NCBI GenBank assembly: GCA_042216335.1
Contig: JBDGTY010000068.1
Location: 1 to 13,636 of the forward strand
DNA length: 13,636 nt
Origin: Candidatus Nanohalobium sp.
GTDB taxonomy: Archaea > Nanohalarchaeota > Nanosalinia > Nanosalinales > Nanosalinaceae
Direction of reading: 5' to 3'
Shown piece by piece: positions 7,251-13,636 of the stretch. Position 1 is the stretch's first letter. Each line of letters opens with the position of its first letter. The position numbers were made by a program, and so were the translations under genes. Below the pieces are notes generated by a model. The model saw only the letters and a list, made by a program, of their open reading frames with translations, made no database searches and was not told where the DNA came from.

Positions 7251-8312
7251 CTATCTTTTCCCGGTGGAATTCATGTCTTCGGTCAGGTTGCCCGGAGTCT
7301 CCTGCTGCGTGGTATTACCTGGGGTGCTGCCGGTCGTGTTCTTTGAACCGGTTTCCGTGGAGTTGTAGTACTTGGTTTCGGTACTGTTCACTGTATGGCT
7401 TTCGGTCGTATTTTCGGGTGTTTCCGCACCTTTCTGGTTCGCTCCTCTGGTTTCCGTGGTGTTCTCCGTGTTTTTCTCAGTGATGTTTCCGGACTCTGGA
7501 TGACTACTTTCTGAAGCATCTTTCCTGTTTACTGCTTTATTCACGGGGTTCCTGCTTCCGTCTTCACTATCCATTTCATCTGGATCGTTGTTGATCTGAT
7601 TTCCGGGGATTTTTCTGGGTTTTCCCCGCTTTTTTCTATCCTGGCCTCTGCTCAGGTTTGCTTCTGTCACATTGTTTCTCATACTCCGATCTGTGCCTTC
7701 TGATATCTCCGATGTGTTTACAGAGGGTTTCTTTTTACTCTTTTCCGATCTGGCTGGCGTTTCTGGTGTTCCTGCCGGTGTTCTATTCAGTTGAGAAGAG
7801 TTCCTGGGGTTCGATGGCCTATCTACTGCTTTTCCCGGAACGCCTTCCTTTCCGCCGAATACTGCGTTCTCCAGGGTAGTGACTGCCTCTGTCACCTGTT
7901 CGAGGATGCCCTGTGGTTTCATCCTCTGATGGAGCTCTTCCCTCTCCAGTCCTGTCGGCAGTGCGACGTCTTCACCTCTGCCTGTCCTCAGTGTCTGCTT
8001 TCTGGTTCTGTCCGAGGTGTTTCCGTTCGAGGCCTTGGCGTACCATTCGTAGGTGCTTCCTGATCTCAGGCTGAGCGAAAGGTTGACGGTGCCTCTGCCT
8101 ATCATGACGGCCTCCAGGCTCCCGTTTACGTAATATCTGACCTTTGAGCTGTCTTCAACGCCTGAAACGTTTACTGTGAGAACCACTTCTGAGAACTCAC
8201 TGCCTGCATCAACCCGTGGTTCAAGGGCTTCCGCCTGGATATCGCTGCTTTGTGCCATCGCAGCTCCTGTCAGAACAAGTAGAAATGTAGTCAGTATGAA
8301 GGTTTTTCTCAT
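7251..8312 (-). CDS. Secreted protein: Ig/FN3-like domain plus long low-complexity, sequon-rich tail
   Basis: Signal peptide MRKTFILTTFLLVLTGAAMA. Beta domain with the LRSGSTYEWYAKASNG motif. Disordered K/R/N/T/P tail with about 18 N-x-S/T sequons overall. Confidence 0.8.
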   Translation of the reverse strand: MRKTFILTTFLLVLTGAAMAQSSDIQAEALEPRVDAGSEFSEVVLTVNVSGVEDSSKVRYYVNGSLEAVMIGRGTVNLSLSLRSGSTYEWYAKASNGNTSDRTRKQTLRTGRGEDVALPTGLEREELHQRMKPQGILEQVTEAVTTLENAVFGGKEGVPGKAVDRPSNPRNSSQLNRTPAGTPETPARSEKSKKKPSVNTSEISEGTDRSMRNNVTEANLSRGQDRKKRGKPRKIPGNQINNDPDEMDSEDGSRNPVNKAVNRKDASESSHPESGNITEKNTENTTETRGANQKGAETPENTTESHTVNSTETKYYNSTETGSKNTTGSTPGNTTQQETPGNLTEDMNSTGKR

Positions 8313-8335
8313 CAGGTTCGACTTGCCTCTGGCTG

Positions 8336-8343
8336 AATATAAA
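8336..8343 (-). promoter_or_regulatory. TATA box candidate for the ORF starting at 8312 (leaderless-type spacing)
   Basis: Minus-strand TTTATATT lies about 25-30 nt upstream of ATG 8312; no clear SD. Confidence 0.45.
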
Positions 8344-8356
8344 TTATGCCTGATCT

Positions 8357-10699
8357 CTAGCTGAATACCTCTACAAATCTTCCTGTCAGGCTTTCGGACC
8401 GGGCTCCGGCTGATGGCTTGTTCTTGGGTCCCTGTGTCTGACCGCTGCCTGTTGAGGCGCTTGTCTCCATCTTTGCTCTGGCCTCTGCTCCGGCTTTTAC
8501 ACTTGTGTTGCCTGCTGATGCCTGGGTCTGTGCACTTGCTTCGACTTTCGCATCCTGTCTTACTGTGGAATTGCCTTTGCTGGGTTCCTTCCTTACCTCT
8601 GTTTTGTTAGATTCCTCTGGCGTGGCTTTTCTCCTTTTTCCAGTTTTCTGGTTTCTTTCGTTCTGGCGTTTTCTCTCTTCTTCTCCGGGCTTGCCTTTTT
8701 TCTGCTTTCCTTCGATCGGAGGAGTTGATTCTTTACTCTCATCTGGACTTTTCTCCATCTGGTTTCTGTCTGGCTTCAGTGGCTGGCTTTTCTCCATTCC
8801 TCTCTGCTGATTTCTTCCTCCTTTTCTGTGTGATCTCTCCTTCTTCACGTTTTCCAGTGCCTTCATCAGTCCTTGTTTGGCCTGTTCTGGAGCGTCCTTG
8901 ATGACTTTCTCCAGTGTCTGTGCGGCTTCCTCTGTGGCGTTTCCACTGTCTCCAGCGGTCTGCCTCAGCTGCCCGAGTGCTTTCTGCGCCGCTTCCGTTT
9001 TGTTCTGTTCTGCCATCAGGACTGCTTCGCGTGCTCTTTCCTCCATCACCTGTTCGCGCGATGTTAGTCCTATCGCCATCGAGACCCTGTCGAACGCCAG
9101 GTCCAGTCCGTAGAACATCGAAGTGGGGTTGAAAAACCCGGCTCTGGCCTTCCTGGCTACGTTGCTCGCCTGGCTTGGAAGAGGAGGTCTGCTGGTATTC
9201 CTATCTTTCTCTTCACTACTGGTTGACGTGTTGAACTGCTGTAATTCTGTGGATGAGGTGTTTATACCGTCTGTGGTGGCTGCGCTCCATGTGAAGGTTT
9301 CGTTGACTGAAAGGTTCGAGACTGTGGAGCTGACTCTGCCATATCCCTCAACGATGCCTTTCTCCTCGCCTTCGAGGTAGAAGGTGGTCTCAAGGCTCGA
9401 ATTATCGGGGTCGGTCACGTTGACGTAGAGTGTCGTGTTTGCTGTTGCGCCGACGCTGACCTCCGGTTTCAGGGCCTTAATCTCAGGTGCATGGTTACTT
9501 TCTGTCTCATTTTCTGTAGTGTTTTCTTTCTTTTCTTCCTCGGCTATGAGTTGGTATGCTTCGTATATGTCCAGTCTTCCGCTCCCCTGACTGTTTTCAC
9601 CGTATCCGAGTTCGTCTGCGGTGTACATAGTCAGGTTTTTTATCTCTGAAGGAGCCAGTGATGGGTCTTCGGCGAGCAGGAGAGCTGCTGCACCTGCTAC
9701 ATGAGGTGTCGCCATCGAGGTACCTGAAAGAGTGTTAAACTGGGGGCTGTCACCGCTGTTCTTCCAGAGAGAAGTTATCTGTTCGCCCGGAGCTACCAGG
9801 TCGGGTTTTACTCTTCCGTCGGCTGTAGGGCCTCTGCTTGAGAAGTCGCTGATCTCTCCGTTGCTGCTGGACCCCACTGTTATAGGTTTCTCTGCACAGC
9901 CTGGAGCGGTGATAGTTTGTTTCTCCGGCCCCATGTTGCCTGCTGCGACTGTTACAGTTACTCCTGCCTCTACTGCGTTGTTCACGGCTTTAGAGAGTGC
10001 TGAACTGCCGTCGCAGTTCTCGACATCTGCTCCCAGGCTCAGGGTTGCGACCTCTGCTCCGTGCTCGACAGACCATTCCAGTCCCTCGATCACGTCCGAG
10101 GCAGTACCTGCACCATCCTTGTTAAGAACCTTGACGTCGAAAAGATCTGCGTTGTAAGCTACTCCGCGGTATTCATCGTCTGGAGACGCTACGATGCCTG
10201 CAACGTGCGTTCCATGTCCGTTGAGGTCGTCCGTTCCCTCGCTTGTGTAGTCGACCTGTCTGTCAACGTCCAGTACTGTGTTATCCTCTATCCCGGTGTC
10301 AAGTACCGCGATGTCGACTCCTGAACCGGTCGTGTTCTGGCCCCACACCTTCTCCGCGTTCACGACCTTAGTGCTCTCTGAGAGACGAGTTTTTACTGTG
10401 TAGTCCGGCTGGATCTCCCTGACGAAATCCCTCTGCGCTAGTCTCTCTGCAGCAACCTTTGGGATAGTGACTGCAACACCGTTTATGATGCTGAAGTCAT
10501 GTTTAACGTTACCACCAGCGCTCCTGACGGCCTGTTTCGCCCTGTCGTCGGCGTTGGGCTGCGTTAAAATTATGACATCGACCTTCGTAGTATTAGGCTT
10601 CTGCTCCAGCCTGTCCTGAAGTTCAGGTGAAAGCTGTGCTGAAGCTGTTGAAACAGTCAAAACCAGTAGAACCGACAGAGCCAAGGTGCGAATCTTCAT
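8357..10699 (-). CDS. Secreted S8 (subtilisin-family) serine protease with I9-type propeptide, C-terminal Ig-like domain, DUF5667-like helical domain and charged tail
   Basis: Signal peptide and propeptide ([16 protein letters not shown]...VREIQPD). Catalytic triad motifs IAVLDTG (Asp 10298-10300), HGTHVAG (His 10214-10216) and [11 protein letters not shown] (Ser 9716-9718). Oxyanion AAGN and FSSRGP...KPDLVAPG. Confidence 0.95.
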   Translation of the reverse strand: MKIRTLALSVLLVLTVSTASAQLSPELQDRLEQKPNTTKVDVIILTQPNADDRAKQAVRSAGGNVKHDFSIINGVAVTIPKVAAERLAQRDFVREIQPDYTVKTRLSESTKVVNAEKVWGQNTTGSGVDIAVLDTGIEDNTVLDVDRQVDYTSEGTDDLNGHGTHVAGIVASPDDEYRGVAYNADLFDVKVLNKDGAGTASDVIEGLEWSVEHGAEVATLSLGADVENCDGSSALSKAVNNAVEAGVTVTVAAGNMGPEKQTITAPGCAEKPITVGSSSNGEISDFSSRGPTADGRVKPDLVAPGEQITSLWKNSGDSPQFNTLSGTSMATPHVAGAAALLLAEDPSLAPSEIKNLTMYTADELGYGENSQGSGRLDIYEAYQLIAEEEKKENTTENETESNHAPEIKALKPEVSVGATANTTLYVNVTDPDNSSLETTFYLEGEEKGIVEGYGRVSSTVSNLSVNETFTWSAATTDGINTSSTELQQFNTSTSSEEKDRNTSRPPLPSQASNVARKARAGFFNPTSMFYGLDLAFDRVSMAIGLTSREQVMEERAREAVLMAEQNKTEAAQKALGQLRQTAGDSGNATEEAAQTLEKVIKDAPEQAKQGLMKALENVKKERSHRKGGRNQQRGMEKSQPLKPDRNQMEKSPDESKESTPPIEGKQKKGKPGEEERKRQNERNQKTGKRRKATPEESNKTEVRKEPSKGNSTVRQDAKVEASAQTQASAGNTSVKAGAEARAKMETSASTGSGQTQGPKNKPSAGARSESLTGRFVEVFS

Positions 10700-10861
10700 A
10701 CTAACTCTGTTTCTCCTCGAGGTTTAACTTTCCTTCGGTTAACTCTGACTCAATTGACGGGCTGCCTTGTCTCTTCGCATTTAGAGACTTATCTTTGAAT
10801 TTCCAAAACTCTCCGTGTTTGTGGAATAGAACTCCTCTGCAGTTTCGATCACTGAAACACT

Positions 10862-11332
10862 TCAGGTATAATCTGCTTTCCTGGGTATGACGTTCCTGAT
10901 TCCTCCTTCCGGGTTTTCGACATCGCCCTCGTATCTTGGAATTACTTGTATGTGGAGGTGGTCTATTGTTCTGCCAGCGACTCTGTTGGAGTTGACGCCT
11001 ATGTTGAAGCCTTCAGGATTGCCTTCCTGGTCGATCACCTGTTCCGTGAAATCGGCAGATTTTTCCGAGACGGGGTCCTTGAGGTTTTCCCGATACCTTT
11101 CTCTGAGGTCGTGGTTCTCGATTAGTTTCTTGGCTTTCGAGATCATCTGCTTCAGTTCTAGGAATTCTTCGTCGGATAGATCCTCCAGCTGGTCTACGTG
11201 TGATTTAGGGATTATCAGGCAGTGACCGAAGTTCAAGGGAAACTGGTCCAGAACTATCCTGAAGTTCTCGCTCTTGAACACCACGTTCCTTTCAACTCCC
11301 TTCTCTAGGCTGCAAAAGATACAGTCCGTCAT
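10862..11332 (-). CDS. HIT family nucleotide hydrolase/transferase (HxHxQ variant)
   Basis: N-terminal DCIFC, FPLNFGHCLIIPKSHV, GFNIGVN, HLHIQVIPRYEGD, and C-terminal GGIRNVIP. Confidence 0.92.
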   Translation of the reverse strand: MTDCIFCSLEKGVERNVVFKSENFRIVLDQFPLNFGHCLIIPKSHVDQLEDLSDEEFLELKQMISKAKKLIENHDLRERYRENLKDPVSEKSADFTEQVIDQEGNPEGFNIGVNSNRVAGRTIDHLHIQVIPRYEGDVENPEGGIRNVIPRKADYT

Positions 11333-11357
11333 TCCTTGACTTCCTCCAGCACTATGT

Positions 11358-11642
11358 TTACATCAAAACCGCCTCTCTCTCCTCTGATTTCTCGTCTTCG
11401 ATCTCTCTCAATTCGGAGATGGCGATATCTTTTCTCTCCATATACTCTTCCATCACCGCAAACAGATCTGCCAGTTCCTCTACTTCTCCGTCCTCCTCGA
11501 ACTCTCTAGCCTCCTCCACAACCTTTCTCCTCAGCCATTTACCTGCCTCCTCGTTTGGAATGCTACGGATCTCAGGTTCCTGATTGTTCTCTCTGATTAT
11601 CTTCGGTATCCTGTCACGGACAAGTTTCGGCAGGTCGCTCAC
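11358..11642 (-). CDS. MazG-like/phosphoribosyl-ATP pyrophosphohydrolase-like all-alpha NTP pyrophosphatase (COG4997 type); C-terminus apparently frameshifted (intact end would be 11329)
   Basis: KLVRDRIPKII start motif, EEAREF...EELADL metal-binding motif. GTG start directly abuts the Nudix stop. The family C-terminus RGGF...IVLEEV is present in another frame. Confidence 0.85.
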   Translation of the reverse strand: MSDLPKLVRDRIPKIIRENNQEPEIRSIPNEEAGKWLRRKVVEEAREFEEDGEVEELADLFAVMEEYMERKDIAISELREIEDEKSEEREAVLM

Positions 11643-12059
11643 TCAGAAAACCCTCTTCCTCAGCATCTGTTTCAATGTTTCAGTCGTATTTTCCTCCATT
11701 ATCTCCTCCGGAGTCATCCACCTGTAGTCCTTGAGTTCGTCTTCCTCTGCATGTTCGGTGTCCATGTTGACTTCGCCGCTGAAGCTTTTCACGTCGAAGA
11801 CTGTCAGGGTCACCTGGTCGCCGTCGTCTTCCGGGCCTCTGAAGAAGTGGTACATGCCGACAGGTTTTCCGGGTTCTATCTCAAGTGAGGTCTCGCCTTT
11901 CACCTCTCTTCTCAGTCCTTCAAGAGGTGCTTCTCCGTGTTCAAGTCTTCCGCCGGGCAGAATCCACAGCATCTCTCCGTCAAGTTCAAAACCTACGAAC
12001 AGGTATTCTCCGTCTCTCTCAATCAGTGCTTTGACTCCTGCGTACATCTTGTCGGCCAT
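11643..12059 (-). CDS. NUDIX hydrolase
   Basis: WILPGGRLEHGEAPLEGLRREVKGETSL is a Nudix box GX5EX7REUXEEXGU with two substitutions. C-terminal DYRWMTPEE. Confidence 0.92.
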   Translation of the reverse strand: MADKMYAGVKALIERDGEYLFVGFELDGEMLWILPGGRLEHGEAPLEGLRREVKGETSLEIEPGKPVGMYHFFRGPEDDGDQVTLTVFDVKSFSGEVNMDTEHAEEDELKDYRWMTPEEIMEENTTETLKQMLRKRVF

Positions 12060-12063
12060 GGTT

Positions 12064-12726
12064 TTATTCCTCGCCGAGAAGCATCTCGACCACTATCTGA
12101 AGAATCTGGACAAATACTCCCATGTAGGCTGTGTAGAGGCCGATGCCGTTGAGGAAAGGTGTACCTGGTCGCGTCTTTGTGACGTAAATCTGGTGGATGA
12201 GGTAGACTATGAAGCCGATGAGAGCCAGCGTGAAGGTGATCAAGGCGAAAATCCCGGAGAAGCTGCCGATGAATGATACTGCCAGGACACTGAGGAAGAT
12301 GTAGTTGGCGTATCTACCCCAGTTCGAGAAGTCGTGGCCTGTCCCGAACACGACTAGACCTGAGAGAACTGCTATAGCTGTTGTAACTATTCCAGTAATG
12401 CCGAGCGCCAGGGCCTGTACCGAAGGTGGCAGCATCCCGATTATGCCTGCGCCGAACATGCCGTACGCCAGCTGTATTATCGATGCTCCTCCAGCCGCCA
12501 TGGTTTTTTCTCCGCTTCTTACTCCTTTCTTGGCCAGCCAGACGCCTCCTGTCAGCATTGCACCGTAGACTATTACTCCGAGGAACAGCTTCCACTGTGG
12601 TGGGGGAAAAATTAGGTCGTTTACTGCTGCGAGCGGTGTGAATGCAAAGATCCACATCACTGCGATGTTCAGGATTATCAGTGCGGTTGCGATTCCCAGA
12701 CTTTTCAGCTGGCCTTGCTTAAACAT
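12064..12726 (-). CDS. Multi-pass membrane protein, Bax inhibitor-1/YccA-like
   Basis: About seven hydrophobic segments. ALGITGIVT...SGLVVFGTGHDFSNWG resembles the BI-1 'T..DFS..G' motif. The C-terminal GIGLYTAYMGVFVQILQI resembles ALxLYxDxxNLFxxLL. Confidence 0.7.
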   Translation of the reverse strand: MFKQGQLKSLGIATALIILNIAVMWIFAFTPLAAVNDLIFPPPQWKLFLGVIVYGAMLTGGVWLAKKGVRSGEKTMAAGGASIIQLAYGMFGAGIIGMLPPSVQALALGITGIVTTAIAVLSGLVVFGTGHDFSNWGRYANYIFLSVLAVSFIGSFSGIFALITFTLALIGFIVYLIHQIYVTKTRPGTPFLNGIGLYTAYMGVFVQILQIVVEMLLGEE

Positions 12727-12730
12727 ATCT

Positions 12731-12756
12731 TATTTATGGTTCCGGAAGGTTAAAAA
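12731..12756. promoter_or_regulatory. Compact divergent promoter (shared TATA-like box) for the BI-1 operon and tmk
   Basis: 53-bp gap. TTAAAAA at 12750-12756 lies about 24 nt from both ATG 12726 (-) and GTG 12780 (+). Palindrome TTCCGGAA at 12740-12747. Confidence 0.45.
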
Positions 12757-12779
12757 CTGTCTCCACTTCAGAAACTCCT

Positions 12780-13517
12780 GTGGAACAGGAAAACTTCCCT
12801 GGAACCTTCATCGTTATTGAAGGCCCGGATGCCTCTGGAAAAGAAACGCAGACTGGTATGATTGTCGAATGGTTGAGGGAACAGAAGGTTTCTGGCATAT
12901 CTGTCGAGGAAGAGAAAGAGTTGATTGAGGAGATGCCTGGTGATTATCCCGATCCTGGAGCTGAGAAAGTGAAAGATAATATCAGTGAGGGTATCTGGAG
13001 GCTTTCATTCCCGACCTACAGCCAGACTCCAGGCGGAAGAGTGGTTGGTGCCTACCTTGATGGTGAGCTAGGAGGAAGAGAAGAACTTGAGATGGAGACT
13101 GTAGTCGATATCTACGCTGCCGATAGGAAGCAGTTCAAGCAACTGATAGCCGATTACCTTGACAAAGGAGGTATCATAGTCTGTGACAGGTACAGGGAAG
13201 CCAACCTCATCCACCAGTTAGTCGGTTTCGACGGCGATGAATGGGAGGAGAAGCTGGAGTACATCAAATCCGTCGACGATGATCTTCCGGATGCTGACAG
13301 AGTCTTCTACCTGGATATATCGCCGGAGGAGGCGCTTCAGAGGATGGAGGATAAAGAGAAGGATATCCACGAGCTTGACGACAGCTACATGAAGAAGTCG
13401 AACCTGAACGGCAGGAAGGTGGCCAGGCATGAGGACTGGGAGGTGGTTGACGGTGAGAGACCTCGTGAGGACGTTTTTGAGGATTTGAGGGATAGAGTAG
13501 AAGCATTACTGGATTGA
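12780..13517 (+). CDS. tmk: Thymidylate (dTMP) kinase
   Basis: FIVIEGPDASGKETQ P-loop, SFPTY, YAADR, IVCDRY, PDADRVFYLDISPE, DIHE, VVDG. Confidence 0.92.
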   Translation: MEQENFPGTFIVIEGPDASGKETQTGMIVEWLREQKVSGISVEEEKELIEEMPGDYPDPGAEKVKDNISEGIWRLSFPTYSQTPGGRVVGAYLDGELGGREELEMETVVDIYAADRKQFKQLIADYLDKGGIIVCDRYREANLIHQLVGFDGDEWEEKLEYIKSVDDDLPDADRVFYLDISPEEALQRMEDKEKDIHELDDSYMKKSNLNGRKVARHEDWEVVDGERPREDVFEDLRDRVEALLD

Positions 13518-13569
13518 TGCCTGTACCGCAACTGTTATTATTCGGCTGCTCCATTTAGTTGAGTATAAG

Positions 13570-13636
13570 ATGGCGGAAGAAGATGTGGAGGAGACGAACT
13601 CCGGAGTGAAGAAGAAGGGCAGCTGGAATGAGATAG
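13570..13636 (+). CDS. 5' end of a gene running off the window; resembles the N-terminus of haloarchaeal DUF5828-type proteins
   Basis: ATG 13570 opens MAEEDVEETNSGVKKKGSWNEI... with no stop before the edge. The EE-x2-SG-x-K-x2-GSW pattern is recalled from haloarchaeal hypothetical proteins; the family call is weak. Confidence 0.5.
   Translation, partial: MAEEDVEETNSGVKKKGSWNEI

Noticed and set aside
8357-10699. Possible SPEARE-type giant host-invasion protein of nanohaloarchaea
   Set aside because: Only 780 aa, with no restriction-endonuclease domain or long adhesin arrays; only the protease function is shared.
10700-10861. Repeated TAACT/TTAACT words upstream of the protease as an operator or ncRNA
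   Set aside because: Too short and irregular to separate from chance in an AT-rich promoter; no convincing stem structure.
11358-11642. Calling the MazG-like gene hisE (histidine biosynthesis)
   Set aside because: No his genes nearby. The KLVRD-type family is a house-cleaning pyrophosphatase group rather than true HisE.
3442-13517. Provirus or viral origin suggested by thyX, tmk, MazG-like and Nudix genes
   Set aside because: No capsid, terminase, integrase or replication genes. glyA, a BI-1-like protein and mixed gene orientation fit a cellular chromosome.
620-13554. Many alternative-frame and antisense ORFs of 60-180 aa (e.g. 620..1138-, 3433..3834+, 3883..4293+, 9732..10157+, 11731..12276+)
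   Set aside because: They overlap well-supported genes, lack motifs and lack the acidic composition. They are the expected shadow ORFs of biased codon usage.

Overview
Gene-dense window, roughly 50% GC by eye, from an extreme halophile. The acidic proteome, archaeal TATA-like boxes, GGAGGTGA RBSs and DPANN-style surface proteins point to Nanohaloarchaeota (inference). It has four parts. (1) A three-gene cell-surface cluster: two secreted, anchorless proteins that share an N-terminal post-signal strand (one carries an inserted beta-helix), plus a membrane-anchored PKD protein. (2) Thymidylate genes: tandem-domain thyX, bacterial-type glyA and tmk, with an orphan, sensor-less histidine kinase between thyX and glyA. 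(3) A secreted multidomain S8 subtilase and a non-catalytic neighbour that share an Ig-like domain and K/R-rich disordered tails. (4) A tight minus-strand operon: BI-1/YccA-like membrane protein, Nudix, MazG-like (frameshifted near its end in a GA tract) and HIT (HxHxQ variant). No rRNA, tRNA, CRISPR array or mobile element was recognised. The best candidate for an undescribed system is the putative donor-strand surface fibre locus at 29-3433. All domain calls come from motif recognition by eye; no database searches were run.
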